The notes below the pieces were generated by a model that saw only the letters and a program-made list of their open reading frames with translations, was not told where the DNA came from and searched no databases. This document shows positions 47,931 through 60,396 of a DNA stretch of 64,000 nt, piece after piece; position 1 is the stretch's first letter, and each line of letters begins with the position of its first letter. This DNA is from Oopsacas minuta (Eukaryota > Animalia > Porifera): assembly GCA_024704765.1 (NCBI GenBank), contig JAKMXF010000066.1:62001-126000 (forward strand), in the 5' to 3' direction. Both the position numbers and the translations under genes were made by a program.

Positions 47931-50687
47931 ATGAACAGTCTCCAATCATCTCTACACAAACTAGGACTCACCAGGTTTCTCTCTGACACACAAGAAGAAG
48001 CAGTACGTACAGTGCTGCAGGGACACAGAGATGTGTTCGTGTCCATGCCTACTGGTGCTGGCAAGTCTCTCTGTTACCAATTACCCGCAGCTAACAGTAC
48101 TGGAGTATTTTTTGTAGTTTCTCCTCTCCTCGCCTTGATAGAGGATCAGGTAGTAGCTTGTAATGCTAGACATGTGTCAGCAGCTGCACTCAATTCTAAC
48201 ACAACCAAGTCTGACAAAGAAAATCTGTTACGAGATTTATACAATAGCGCCCCTAAAGTAAAGTTACTGTATATCACACCCGAGTATGTAGCTACACTAC
48301 AGTGCATGAGGCTAGCGTCTCATCTCCATAAAAATGGAATGTTTGCTTACTTTGTTGTGGATGAAGCTCACTGTGTGTCTCAATGGGGACACGATTTCCG
48401 TCCGGCATACCTCAAACTTGGAGATTTCCGCAAACATTTTCCAGGTGTTCCGTGTCTAGCCCTAACTGCTACAGCAACTGAAGCTGTTAGGAAAGATATA
48501 TTTGAGTTTCTTTCTCTAACTGATGCGTTACCACTCACATTGCCTTGTCATAGAGGAAATCTGTTCTACGACGTTAAATTTAAAGAAACTATTATAAAGC
48601 CTGAGAATGATCTCAGAGAGTTTGCTATCAGTTGTCTCACTCAATCAGACTCTATTGCTACCAAACCTGTGAGAACAAGGTCATCAAAAGTAAAATCTTT
48701 CAAATCTCCATTATATTCCGATAATTCACAAACTACCTCAATAGCTGAAACTGATGTGAGTGGCGTAACGTTTATTGGCTCAGGCATAATATACTGCCAC
48801 ACGAGAGATGCTTGTAGTGACCTGTCTCACCAGCTCTCTACCAAAGGCCTCACGTGTAAGCCTTATCATGCAGGACTCAGTAAGAAGGATAGACTGAGTT
48901 GCCAGCAGGATTGGATGCAGGGTAAGTTCCCTGTTATTGTAGCAACCATTAGCTTTGGGATGGGAGTAGACAAACAAGATGTGAGATTTGTAGCTCACTG
49001 GGATGTACCCAAATCTTTGGAGGGATACTACCAGGAGTCAGGACGTGCTGGAAGAGATGGAGGACCCGCGTTTTGTCGTTTATACTTCTCTCGTAAGCAA
49101 AGAGACTTAGTCCGGTTCATAATTCAAAAGGAGGAATGTAAGGCTGTCGGGAAGAAAGGAGAGAACGATCAGCGTTTCCAGGCTGCACTCAGTAGCTTTG
49201 AGAAAATGTCTCATTACTGTGAAAAACCGCGGTGCAGACATGCAGCTTTTGCTGAATACTTCTCAGATCCTAAGCCTGTGTGCGTTAAGAATTGTGATTA
49301 CTGTAAGGATATGGACGCTACACAGAAATTAGCCAATGCTCATAAAGCACATCACTTGACGAAGGAATTTAAACAAAAGGATACACCTTATGTTAAGCCT
49401 GAGAGCTCGGGCTCATACTATAACAGAGAATTATATGGTGGAGGCAAATGGGGACATAAACAAGATTTGTCAGACTCTTCTACTGGCGATGAAGCAGATG
49501 AAGACGGCTGGACTAAAGCAGGGAAAGATGAGCTAACTAAGGTAATCAATCTAGAGCTTAAAAAGAGAAAGAAGAGGATTAAATCTGCTCAGAAGAATGA
49601 GGTAGAGAGATGTAAACCTTCAGACTGTAAGGTAAGGGAGCCATGTGGTCAGTCGATTAGAGGTCTGGGGGTGAAGACAAGAGAAATGAACTTAGATAGA
49701 CTCCAGTCTGCTCTTGAAGAGAATGCTCTAGCAAGAGGTGTTGACTTGTGTGTAACAGCTGCTAAACAGCTGGAGTATAAGATATTCTCAGATAACATAA
49801 CTGTCCCAGGATATCAAGCTAGTATATACCGTATCCTCAGTGAAATACGTACAAGCACAAAGAACCTAGAGCTCTATCATATACCTTCATGTCAAACTGA
49901 GCCTTTATCAGATTCTGATGATGATATGCTAGTTCAGCAGAGTGTGTTTCAACCTGCTTCCGAACTACTGAGTACAGCTGGCAACACATGTACTAATTAT
50001 TCTACAGAGTTTAAGAATGCATCCGATGTTAGAGAGATTTCTACTGAGTGTAAGGTCACGGATGTTATGGAGATAGTACAGTCTCAATTTCCTAACGATA
50101 CGTCACAGTGTGTATCAGGTAAGAGGAAGACTGCTGCCGACACTACACAGGTAGATGATAGTGATGTAGCTAGAAAGAAACCTAAGAAACAACTTCCTAT
50201 AATGAACTTTTTCTTTCAGGCATCCAGTTCTTCCTCAGATTCCAAACCACATCTACAAACAGATAAACGCCAGCTCTCTACCCAGCTAATTGATCTAACA
50301 CAATCTGGCACACGGGCGAATAATACTCCCTCTCAACCTCTTCTAGACAATAAACCTACTAAAGAGAATATTAAAACTTCTACAGTTACGTCTGCTTCTA
50401 CAAAAGATACTCACAAAGACATAGCTGGTGTAGTTGTGTGTATTCTTAGTCCTTACTTCTCTCAACAGAAGAAGATTACTTCGAAGGAACTATTTAAATT
50501 GTTTGCTAAGGAGTTAACTCGCTTTCTTTTAAAATGTAATCATGTTGAGTCAGTAGACTTTCTTGCTAAACGAGTTATAGAAGAGTATTTTAAAACAAAA
50601 GAAACATTTGCTAGCTCTGAAGATCTTAAACTGTTAACACAGATAGAAATCAAATTACAAGTGTTACCAGCTGAAAAAACATATTAA
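47931..50687 (+). CDS. RECQL5: ATP-dependent DNA helicase Q5
   Basis: [63 protein letters not shown], RecQ Zn-binding CRH..C..NCD, a KIX-like region and a C-terminal SRI-like domain ([19 protein letters not shown]). Confidence 0.93.
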   Translation: MNSLQSSLHKLGLTRFLSDTQEEAVRTVLQGHRDVFVSMPTGAGKSLCYQLPAANSTGVFFVVSPLLALIEDQVVACNARHVSAAALNSNTTKSDKENLLRDLYNSAPKVKLLYITPEYVATLQCMRLASHLHKNGMFAYFVVDEAHCVSQWGHDFRPAYLKLGDFRKHFPGVPCLALTATATEAVRKDIFEFLSLTDALPLTLPCHRGNLFYDVKFKETIIKPENDLREFAISCLTQSDSIATKPVRTRSSKVKSFKSPLYSDNSQTTSIAETDVSGVTFIGSGIIYCHTRDACSDLSHQLSTKGLTCKPYHAGLSKKDRLSCQQDWMQGKFPVIVATISFGMGVDKQDVRFVAHWDVPKSLEGYYQESGRAGRDGGPAFCRLYFSRKQRDLVRFIIQKEECKAVGKKGENDQRFQAALSSFEKMSHYCEKPRCRHAAFAEYFSDPKPVCVKNCDYCKDMDATQKLANAHKAHHLTKEFKQKDTPYVKPESSGSYYNRELYGGGKWGHKQDLSDSSTGDEADEDGWTKAGKDELTKVINLELKKRKKRIKSAQKNEVERCKPSDCKVREPCGQSIRGLGVKTREMNLDRLQSALEENALARGVDLCVTAAKQLEYKIFSDNITVPGYQASIYRILSEIRTSTKNLELYHIPSCQTEPLSDSDDDMLVQQSVFQPASELLSTAGNTCTNYSTEFKNASDVREISTECKVTDVMEIVQSQFPNDTSQCVSGKRKTAADTTQVDDSDVARKKPKKQLPIMNFFFQASSSSSDSKPHLQTDKRQLSTQLIDLTQSGTRANNTPSQPLLDNKPTKENIKTSTVTSASTKDTHKDIAGVVVCILSPYFSQQKKITSKELFKLFAKELTRFLLKCNHVESVDFLAKRVIEEYFKTKETFASSEDLKLLTQIEIKLQVLPAEKTY

Positions 50688-50833
50688 TAAATGGATTGTT
50701 AATATTGTAATACAGAAGACATCACTCAACTAATATAATGAGATATGCTTGCATTACTCTGGCATAAATATTTGTATTTATTATTGAAGGAGAGAATTCT
50801 ATTTTGACAGCTAATGATTAGATTGTTTCCTGA

Positions 50834-53800
50834 ATGACTCCTGACGATAATTTCAAACTTCCACCTCCTCCTAAGAACATATTCGTTACTCAAATCCAGT
50901 GAGTTTATATATGAAAATTCTTGTTTCCTATTCAGTGATCTTCTAGAGTATTTATGCTAGAATGATCGGCCATAGAATTGATCAGTATTTAATTATTGTT
51001 TTTTTCTAGAGAGGATCTTCATTCCAGTTATGACAAGCTTAGACAACATCCAATAGTAAAGCAGGTATGTATATATATATATAGAGGTAATGACGTCCCC
51101 CCGAAGTATAGTCCAATTTTTCCAAAATATTTATACAGTAATAATTACGAAGTCTGATATTGAGCTCTTTACTGGTGCTGATGCAGAGGAGGGAACTGCC
51201 TCCTCGCTATTTCATCGAATCGCCTCCAGATCAATCAATTTCCTACTCAAAGGGAACTTTGCCTCTTCGCTTGATGAAGTAAATTTAATCGAATACGGGC
51301 GAACAAATGTGCGAATTTATGATGTCATCTAAGTGAAAATGTCGAAAATTCCGGGAAGGCAATAAAACGATTTAGTGTTCGAATTCATTACGAGATTAAC
51401 ACTACGTCAGTAATCGGTTAATGCATTTACGTGTAAAGGGGAATACTAAGTTGTACTTGCCAAACAGAAAGCTCATCACCCTTGTTCGTATTAACCGATG
51501 TATTTAGTATTGATAAGCTCTGAAGGAGTAGCACAAATCGTACTTATTATCCGATATTTGGTAATAATGAGAGTCAATATTTTTAATTGTTACTCTTGTT
51601 AGAATGCGGCTAGTCTCGTTAAGAACAGCTCCAACACTCAACAAAGCACTTTATTACTACAGAGAGAGCAAGAGCTATCAGATACTGATGCACAACATAG
51701 AGAAGCTATTGATAGGTATAATGCTAAGAATAAAGAGCTTACCAGGAGAGAGAATGCACTCAAAGATAAAAGAGAGAAGGTTTATTGAAACAATTCATAG
51801 TTCGAATGTTTTGAAAACATTCACTAATTCGAAATATGTAATCAATCAATTTTCCGAATTCTTGAATTTGATCTGGGTTTCTATAAAGGGTTTTCTGTTC
51901 CATGTTCGAAGAAGCCAAAATTTAAGTGTTTAGCCTGAAAGTAACTTGCTAATAGGCGAACTTCGCTATTCTTAGTCTAGCTAGCAGGCTAACAAAGAGT
52001 TCAATTGTAACTAAGTAGCCTGTCTAAATCACTGAATCATATTAAATTCATTATATCAGTCTCCTTAAAATATTTTACCGAATTTTAATCCGTAAAGATA
52101 TATATTGAGAATTTTTAGTGTCCATTGTATTATCTGTTCATATTCACGATAGTATACTGTCTGTATATTTTAATTGAACATATCATTAATCTCTTGATTT
52201 ATGTTCTTAGTTTGAAGAGCGAAAACTTAAGTTTGCTAGCTACATCAAAGATGAGAAATCTCGTCAACAGAATGCTCTGAATAAGATTGAGTTAGTTACG
52301 AATGATATAAATGATAAAGTTAAGGAAATATCAGAGTTAGAGAAAGAGAGAGATGTGTTGAGAGATGAGTTAGTAGTTGAGTTATTAATACAGTATTGAA
52401 TCAGTTCTTACTTCCAAACGAACTCTCTACATACGTTATCTTGAACATCCATTATTCCGAATTCCCTCTATTTCGAAGGAATTTCATTTCCCCTCAACGT
52501 AAAATTGCTTATTTTAACTCACGTTATCTCGAACAGAATTTGAATTCCCTTGAGGTTTCGAGACACCAGATGTCAACTGTACATGTGTATTATAAATATA
52601 TACTGTGGATACCGATTATGAGAACACCGAATATAAGCACCATCCTATGTAATACGGTTCTCATAGCATATTCCTGTATGTTTTATTCCTTATATACCGA
52701 TTATAAGAACATGTATGATAACTTCAAAGGTGTTCTTAAATCCAGCATCAACTGTATTTTCATTTCAGAAGTGCTTCTAGTTTATTCTATTTATAAACAT
52801 ATATTTTAATCTTTATTGAGAGCATTATTTTACAGTTATTGATTAGCAACCAATGCTACAGGAGACTAACTTTACATTTCTTAAATCAGGCTTACAGTAT
52901 AGTCCAAGCACTTTATCATAGCATATTACTCTTATAGACATTTTGAACTTGTTAAAAAGAATACAGAATTACAGAAATACAAAATATTATTAGAGAAAGC
53001 TGTAGAATCAATGCCAGATGGTATGTGAGTAATATTACAATGTATTATTTATAAGATACGTAATATATGTAGGATGGTAGTATTAGTGTGATTCTTTCTT
53101 TCTTTTTAAAATACATTATCAAATCAGGACTATTATGTTATTCATAGGGCTGTTAACATGAGTATTATTGTGTAGTTCAACAGAGGTATACTTGTCTTAT
53201 ATATATACTTGTCTCAGCTGCCCAAAAGTGCTTCATAAAAGTTATCTATAGAGTATAAACCAACAAAATGAAAACAATATACAGTAGGGCCAGTTTAATA
53301 GGGTCACATCTGGGTCAGGCCATTATTTTCTGATTAAGTAAATAAGGTGTTAGCCCAATTAACAGAATTTGTATGATTCTGTTTTCTGGCTAAGTCACCC
53401 GATTATCTTGTGGTAGGGATTGACCGGGAGCAGAATTCAGTATTGATGCTCAATAAATTTTCCAGTTATAGAGTAGCATATTGTTAGTTAATTAAAGATT
53501 CTGTATTAGATATTCACTAATTAATTAGTAGTCCATGAGGCAGAACCTATTTTCTTTGTAATTCATGGTTTAATATATGTTCTCGAACCCAATTAAGCCC
53601 TGGTGGCGCTATTGTGCGGAGTCTACAGTATATCCAATAATATTATAGCTTTAGTGTAGAATAGGATATATATGCCGGATATTCAATTCAATTGTGTTTA
53701 TTTGTAAAAGCTTAGTGTATTCGTGATTACGGTATATTAAATCTTAACTTGGATATGCAGTGCAGGCTTGGACCGGGTCATGATTTCCTGACCCGGTGAC

Positions 53801-56800
53801 CCGGTATTTCAAAAACATTAATTTTCGATATTCATGCGATTTGATAATGATTAGATTTTACTAAGTTTGAATATTCAGGGAAAATGAAACGTCTAACTAA
53901 TATTGACTGAATCTTTATGATTTTACAGACCGATATAATTTTATTATCTATAAGGATATAAACTGGGTCAAGTCAAAATCAGTGACCCGGTTCAGACCCG
54001 AAATTTATTGAAAATAGTGACCCGGTTTACTCGTGACCCTGTCCAAGCCTGATGCGGTGTACTTGCCTGTCTCCTGCCCTCCATCCAAACTACGCTACCG
54101 TTCATTTTACTAACTAATTTTGCAGAATTTACTACGCTTCAACTAGAACCTACACCACTGGCAAGGAATTGAAATTATACTTCAATATAACGAACTACAT
54201 ATACCCGTATCAGTTCATCTGTTTCTCTTCTACAAAGCAATATTTAAATTTTTATGAGTTTATTATGTGTCTTATCTGTTTATTGGTTATATTATGTCAT
54301 TTCTAGGATATATAGAAATAGTGGGAGATTCTCCTGCTGATAGTCTAATACTTAAGTATAATACTTTAAAAGATACACAAACACATCTACAGGAAAGGTT
54401 ACAAGATCTCACTGAACAAGTTTGTACACTTTATATTCTTACTTATTTACATTTATTCACTTTATCTAATCTGAGTGATGAAATTAGTGTTACGGATTTT
54501 GGGAGATATTGATTATTCAGCAGGCTACAATATAAGTTAAAGTCTAGCCTAAGAAAGAATGCAGGATGATCTGGGGTTTCTTTGTAACACGACGTTCAGC
54601 ATGACAGCCAGTTGTAATGAATGTAATTTATACTTTTCTTTAATATGATAACATTAAACAAATACGAAACTAGAAAATTATACGTATTAGTCGCATAATC
54701 AATGTATACTATTATAATCAAAGATCCCTACTAACACACTGTCGGCATTACAGATAATGTCTACCTATTTATGTATTCAAAGGCTTGAATAGCATACTTT
54801 GGATTCTGTGAAGTAACAAATATCTTCCCAGTCTTTGTAATATAAATTCCTTTAGGTTTGTTCAGTTGTCCTTTGTCCTTTCCTTTCTTCCCTATAGTCT
54901 GTATTAATTTTCCTGATTTTGAAATTATCTTGATACAGTGGTTTAATCTGTCGGTTAAAATGATATTTTCTGATTCATCCAGGCAGAAAAAGAATGGTTC
55001 ATGCACCAAGCAGTTCTGTTGATATCCTCTGGTTACACTGGAGCTAATGTGATCACCATTACGGTTGAAATAGTTGATACAGTTTGAACTCCAATCCAGG
55101 ACTACAACTGATGATTTCGTTAGCTTTACATCTTTAGGGTAGACAAGACCTTTCCCAATCGACTTAATAAATTCCAGGTTTTTGGTAAATACAGATACTC
55201 TCGAGTTCCAGTATTCTGCTATATATACATCTCCGTTTGTATCAATTGATATCCCACGTGGATTGTTGAGCTCTCCTTCAAGTTTCCCTTTCTTCCCAGC
55301 TATTGCTTCTAACTTATTAGGAGAACTTTTAGAGTATTTGAATACTGCATGGTAAAACGTGTCAGTTATGAAAATATGATAATCAGTCATTGCTATTCCA
55401 TACGGACTTTTTAATTCACCTTTTCCAAACTCTGATATGTATTCTCCTATGTAATTCATAACTTGTATCCGACTGTTATCACGATCAGCCACGAATATAT
55501 CTCCTTTCTCTTCATCAAGGACTATTCCTCTTGGTGAGCAAAACTGCCTTTTACCTTTCCCACAATTTCCCACAGCTAAGTTAGGTAATTCTTCGTATAA
55601 GGAGTCTCTAGTCTGTGACTCTTTAACCTCACCTAATTCCTCAATCATCGTGACAAGTTCGTTAAGAAATGGGAAATTGATAGTGACATCTGGCATTGGT
55701 ATTGTTCCTGATAAATCTTTAATGGTGGTTTCGTAAATTTGATTCACCGCTTCAATAAGGGAAAAATTCTCATTTTCTATCATACCTATTTCCTCACCAT
55801 CTTTCTGAAGTTTTTTCAACTCATCTATTGTATTGGACCGTTTTCTATTCGAAGCTAAATATTCCTCTTCTATATCACGTACTCTTTCAAGGATATATTC
55901 TTTTCTAGTTGATAATCGATTTAGTAAATCGTCGAATACTCTCGTGATGTTATCTTTGATTCTTCCAAAATAATCTTGATTGAATTCTACCTTAGTTGTT
56001 GCCATCGCTTAGAATTATTTCATATGATTATGTCTGCTTTAGTAATTTATTAAATACTCTTGTTTGTTAGGAATATAATACTCTATATGTGATTACCTGA
56101 TTGTGCTACTGTTAATACATGTATCATGTTCTTGAATAATGTGTTGCTAATACGAAGTGATTGAACTTTAGGAAATCATAATATAGCTATCATATTTCCA
56201 TATAATGCTTTACTTTATACTAGTGGCGTAGAACGTTAATTTGCTTAATAACTTTCCCTACCAGTTGCCTCAAGGAAATTACCTCGCCTATACTTTTTAA
56301 ACTAATGAAACAACGATGGATTCATTTAACTCACTTTCCTAGCCCTTTAGCTCTGATTATTCGTCGGGGTAAATGAATAATATCATTGAGGTATAAGCCT
56401 AAAGATGTGAAAATACATAGGTGGTCCGGATGGATCAGAATCCTTATCCATAGCTGATTTCAAAAGCCATAAATATATATATTAGCTTTAGTGAGTTATT
56501 ACTAATATTAGAGAGAATTTGAATAGATTTGAGAATAATTACCAAATCCGTAAATTACTGATTTGAAGGATTTAGATTCGTAACATCCATAGTCCACCCG
56601 GAACCTCTGCATTGATGATAATATATGAATTTCTAGATATAGCATTAAAATATGAAAATAAGAATCTACATGCCCTATAATTCCTGGCTAGCTGTAAAAC
56701 TATGAGACCTATTAATGGTACAAAATTCGTTGCGGTTAATAGTTGTGCTTTTCTAAAAATTTACAATGTATGCATGTTTATTTCTGTTACGCTGTTTATG

Positions 56801-57724
56801 TTCTTGTTTACTTGCATAGATAAATTATACTAATAATTCTGTATGAATGAACCTTTGAGTATTTCGATCTTCTGTTTAGTTGGAGAAGAAGCAAATACAG
56901 ATAGCTATTGACTCACAATTACATGGAACACAGTTATTGGTACTTTAGTTAGATTAGAAATTCTGAAATTTGCAATCGTTGTATTTAATTTGGTTCCATT
57001 TTAATGGGAAATAAATTCAATAATTAGTCGAAGCGGAAATTATGTAAGAACCCACAAGCAAAGTAATTACTATATTAGTTACAAATATATCAAATTTTAA
57101 ATTTTAGTTCAATTTATTACTTCTCCTTGTATTGTATAGGAAAAGAATAAATCTCTATCAAAGAACCAATCAATATTAGAAACAGAGAGTGGACAATGTG
57201 CTATGATGAATCAGCTGATAGCAATGAAAGAAGCATATGCTAGAGAGCAGGTAAGTTACGGTATGTACTATTCTATTCCTTTTGTTTCCGATTCCCATTG
57301 TCTTAGTTATTCAGGTTGTACTGCATATGAATAGCATAATGTATTTATCTAGAAACAAACTCTAGCTAAGTCACAGTTAGCTATTGACAACATTGGGAGT
57401 ATTTGCTATCAACACAGACATTCTAAAAAGAAACCAGCTAAGATGACGGTATTTGATCAACTGGACTTTATACAAGTATGTAGTAATTATTTACCGATAC
57501 TAGTTACTTGTAAATGATAACTATCCTGTTTTATAAGTTATTTACGTATACGTATTCATACACGAATTATCTATATTTAGGATTTTATATTGGATCTGGA
57601 GCAGACTGTGAATTTAGCAGTGAAATTAAGTGAAGAGAGTGATACTACAGGCGTAGAAGGAGACTCTAACAATACTACTCGTACACATAATACTAAGTCT
57701 AAAGCAACCCTTTCACTCAAGTAA
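50834..57724 (+). CDS. CCDC42/CFAP73/CCDC197-like (DUF4200) coiled-coil protein, 10 exons: 50834-50898, 51010-51064, 51603-51779, 52211-52368, 52938-53020, 54307-54419, 56880-56939, 57140-57250, 57353-57475, 57581-57724 (~362 aa)
   Basis: All nine introns are GT-AG and their phases (2,0,0,2,1,0,0,0,0) keep one open frame. The product has IFVTQ, STLLLQREQEL, KFASYIKDEKSRQQNA, LILKYNTL, LAKSQLAIDNI and DQLDFIQ|DFILDL, resembling CCDC42-family landmarks. Exon 7 is the least certain. Confidence 0.75.
52391..52579. mobile_element. Tc1/mariner-type MITE in intron 4 of the DUF4200 gene
   Basis: Right end gagacaccagatgtcaactg|TA and internal cgttatctcgaac match the 41800 family; the left end is degenerate. 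Confidence 0.55.
53763..54051. mobile_element. hAT-type MITE (289 bp) in intron 5 of the DUF4200 gene
   Basis: TIR caggcttggac(c/a)gggtca; gacccgg subrepeats; 8-bp TSD atgcagtg/atgcggtg. Confidence 0.88.
54761..56005 (-). CDS. Coiled-coil + NHL-repeat protein nested antisense in intron 6 of the DUF4200 gene
   Basis: Intronless 414-aa ORF; N-terminal coiled coil; NHL repeats (PRGIVLD..IFVADRDNSRIQV, PYGIAM, PRGISIDTNGDVYIAEYWNSRVSVF, PKGIYIT). Confidence 0.9.
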   Translation of the reverse strand: MATTKVEFNQDYFGRIKDNITRVFDDLLNRLSTRKEYILERVRDIEEEYLASNRKRSNTIDELKKLQKDGEEIGMIENENFSLIEAVNQIYETTIKDLSGTIPMPDVTINFPFLNELVTMIEELGEVKESQTRDSLYEELPNLAVGNCGKGKRQFCSPRGIVLDEEKGDIFVADRDNSRIQVMNYIGEYISEFGKGELKSPYGIAMTDYHIFITDTFYHAVFKYSKSSPNKLEAIAGKKGKLEGELNNPRGISIDTNGDVYIAEYWNSRVSVFTKNLEFIKSIGKGLVYPKDVKLTKSSVVVLDWSSNCINYFNRNGDHISSSVTRGYQQNCLVHEPFFFCLDESENIILTDRLNHCIKIISKSGKLIQTIGKKGKDKGQLNKPKGIYITKTGKIFVTSQNPKYAIQAFEYINR

Positions 57725-57856
57725 TTATTTACTTATTTACTGATATGCTCAGCAGTTTTGTCTTCAGCTAGTTCTTATACTGATATATGTATAAAACTTT
57801 ATTATATATTATTATTATTATTATTTTCTTTAATATTAGTTTCAGTTAGTTCGAAT

Positions 57857-58023
57857 CAAGATTGAAACCGATCGAACCGAATATCAGTATTCATGAATAG
57901 TTGCTTAACCGAATACTGCTGATAATATTCGGTTTGGACCAACCGAATACCGAATACCGAATACTGATATTCGCTTAACCAAATATTGAACTATTCGCCA
58001 AATATTATTCGGTTACAACCTTG
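57857..58023. mobile_element. hAT MITE, CAAGGTTG family (167 bp)
   Basis: TIR caagattg/caaccttg; aaccgaatac repeats; 8-bp TSD gttcgaat/gatcgaat. Confidence 0.85.
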
Positions 58024-58089
58024 GATCGAATGATTATTTATTAGTCTTTGAAGATACGTAGATAAGTAATTTAGAGAAATAAAGTTGCA

Positions 58090-59085
58090 ATGGCAGCGAT
58101 AAACTCGGAGACACAAATCTGTAACCGTATTCTTTGCGCCGGGTTATTGTGTCTTGACTACATATACATACTACCTGATTTCCCTAGAGAGGATAGTGAC
58201 GTCAGAGCTATCTCCCAGTCCAGGTCACGAGGGGGTAATGCTTCTACTAACGCTGCTATTCTTGCACAGCTGGGCTGGGATAAAGTTGAGTTTATAGGAA
58301 GTATAGGGAATACAACAGAGACTGATTTCTGTTTATATGAACTGAAGAAGTATGGAGTTATTGTAGAGAATTGTATCAAACATGAAGGCCTAGTTCAACC
58401 AAATACTTGTGCTATTATCAACAAGTCTAATGGTTCTAGAACTCTAATACATTATCATGGAGGATTCCCAGAGATTAATTACCAAGAATTCTCAGGTCTA
58501 AATCTGAATTTATACAAACTAATTCATTTAGAAGGTCGTACTAATGTAGATGAGCTGAATAAGATACTAAGATACATTTCAGATTGGAATTCTATAGATT
58601 CACATAAAATAGTTAAAACATCCTTTGAGTTAGAAAAGCCGTTAGATTTCTCTTCAATCCTTTCTCTCCCTGACGTTCTATTCGTGAGTAGTGAATACGC
58701 TAGTTCTATGGGTCATCAAGATATGCAGACTGCTTTACTGGAGATAAGCAAGCACACCAAGGAGGGTAGTCTAATAGTGTGTGCTTGGGGATCTAATGGC
58801 GCTTGTGGTGGTATAAAAAGAGGATGTCCTATGACGTCAGGAGATATAGTATCTGTGTCAGCATTTCCGCCTCCTGAAGGTGTGAAAGACACGCTAGGAG
58901 CGGGAGACTGTTTTATTGCGGCATGTCTGTTCGCTCTCATGATATTTGATGATAAGGGACTGAATAATGATGTAGTAAGTCGTGTTATTAAGTTTGGTTG
59001 TAAAATAGCTGGATATAAGTGTGGACAGTATGGATTCCACCTCAATAATGAGACTATTAGTCAATATAAGCAGGAGTTCTTCTGA
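58090..59085 (+). CDS. KHK: Ketohexokinase-like PfkB family sugar kinase
   Basis: ILCAGLLCLD..FPREDSDVR..SRSRGGNAS, SNGSRTLIHY, LIHLEGR, AWGSNGA and DTLGAGDCF follow the ketohexokinase pattern. Confidence 0.85.
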   Translation: MAAINSETQICNRILCAGLLCLDYIYILPDFPREDSDVRAISQSRSRGGNASTNAAILAQLGWDKVEFIGSIGNTTETDFCLYELKKYGVIVENCIKHEGLVQPNTCAIINKSNGSRTLIHYHGGFPEINYQEFSGLNLNLYKLIHLEGRTNVDELNKILRYISDWNSIDSHKIVKTSFELEKPLDFSSILSLPDVLFVSSEYASSMGHQDMQTALLEISKHTKEGSLIVCAWGSNGACGGIKRGCPMTSGDIVSVSAFPPPEGVKDTLGAGDCFIAACLFALMIFDDKGLNNDVVSRVIKFGCKIAGYKCGQYGFHLNNETISQYKQEFF

Positions 59086-59407
59086 TGATTGTTTAGGTTT
59101 TGTTCTTATTTATTATCACTTGGATTATGTTTGTTGAGATTATTTATTTAGACAATTACAAATGGCTTATTAGAACTTCTGAAAGAGATTTACCATATTT
59201 TAATGTATATACGTAACACTTCTTGCGTGTTTTCTACAATTACTTATTCATTTGGAAACTAAATTCTATAAGTACAGAGCATAGAAAATATTATTTTTCT
59301 GCAAAACTTCTTTCCCTAATCACCGATGCCTGTTTACTACAAAGTCTCTAAGACTTGTTCTGAGCTACTGTAGATTTTATTTGTACACATTTTTCGTCTA
59401 CTTTCCA

Positions 59408-59604
59408 CAGTAAAACTCGTTAATATGAACACGGTTAATGCGAATTTCCGGATAATACAAACATATATGTATTTACACAAAATTAGGTCCCTTTTATAGT
59501 TTTCAATGGATATTGCTCCGGTTGATACGTATTCCGGATAAGAAGTACTGACTTCGAAGGTCCATTTGTGTACTTATACACGTATGTATTAACGAGATCT
59601 ACTG
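59408..59604. mobile_element. Tc1/mariner-type MITE
   Basis: cagtaaaactcgttaata ... tattaacgagatctactg|TA imperfect TIRs. Confidence 0.6.
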
Positions 59605-59655
59605 TATTTCTAATACATATTTTATTTTGATTAGTAACAATTAGCATATTTTGAA

Positions 59656-60396
59656 ATGAGAATCAAATATTTTGTTACTGAGATTACGCTTCGCTCGGTG
59701 CTTCTCCTCTTATTTTTGATAACAGAATTCATGCATTCTCATCACATGGATATCTTACCTGATCTAACAGATGCTTATGACACAGAATCAAAAAGTCAAC
59801 TGATCCCTACTCACATCTTATTCTCTGGTGTTGTCTTATTTCCACTATCAATTTTCTTAATAGCGAATGCACTAAAAGGATTCCCTATGGTTAAGATTGA
59901 TGAGATATTAGGGATTACAGGCACACTACTTCTAAACGGTGTTACTACAAACATTCTTAAGCTAACTGTTGGGAGACCTAGACCTGATTTTATCTCCCGA
60001 TGTCAACCTGCATATTCTACATGGAAATTAGAGCCGATCTGTTCAGGTGACGTTTCTAGATATGAAGAAGGATACAAGAGTTTTCCTAGTGGACACGCCA
60101 GCTGGAGTTTTGCTACTCTACTATTCATGTCTCTATACCTAGCTGGTAGGTTTAAAGCACTATCTCAATTCAGAATAAGGCTTCCACAACTATTGTTATC
60201 ATTGACTCCGTTTCTCATTGGCTGTTTTATAGGCTGGTCTCGTGTTAACGACCACATGCACCATCTGGGAGATGTAGTAGCAGGTGCTGTTATAGGGTGT
60301 GTCATAAGCTCTCTGTGCTACTTCCATTATTTTCATTCTTTATTCCATTCTCATTCAGATGAGTCAATATTTGAATCACAAGAAGTTAATTTGTAG
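59656..60396 (+). CDS. PAP2-family phospholipid phosphatase (PLPP4/5-like)
   Basis: Catalytic motifs KLTVGRPRPDF, SFPSGHAS and SRVNDHMHHLGDV within six hydrophobic segments. Confidence 0.92.
   Translation: MRIKYFVTEITLRSVLLLLFLITEFMHSHHMDILPDLTDAYDTESKSQLIPTHILFSGVVLFPLSIFLIANALKGFPMVKIDEILGITGTLLLNGVTTNILKLTVGRPRPDFISRCQPAYSTWKLEPICSGDVSRYEEGYKSFPSGHASWSFATLLFMSLYLAGRFKALSQFRIRLPQLLLSLTPFLIGCFIGWSRVNDHMHHLGDVVAGAVIGCVISSLCYFHYFHSLFHSHSDESIFESQEVNL

Noticed and set aside
51090-52809. ORFs 51090, 51604 and 52396 as independent genes
   Set aside because: They are intronic, MITE-derived or alternative frames over exons of the DUF4200 gene.
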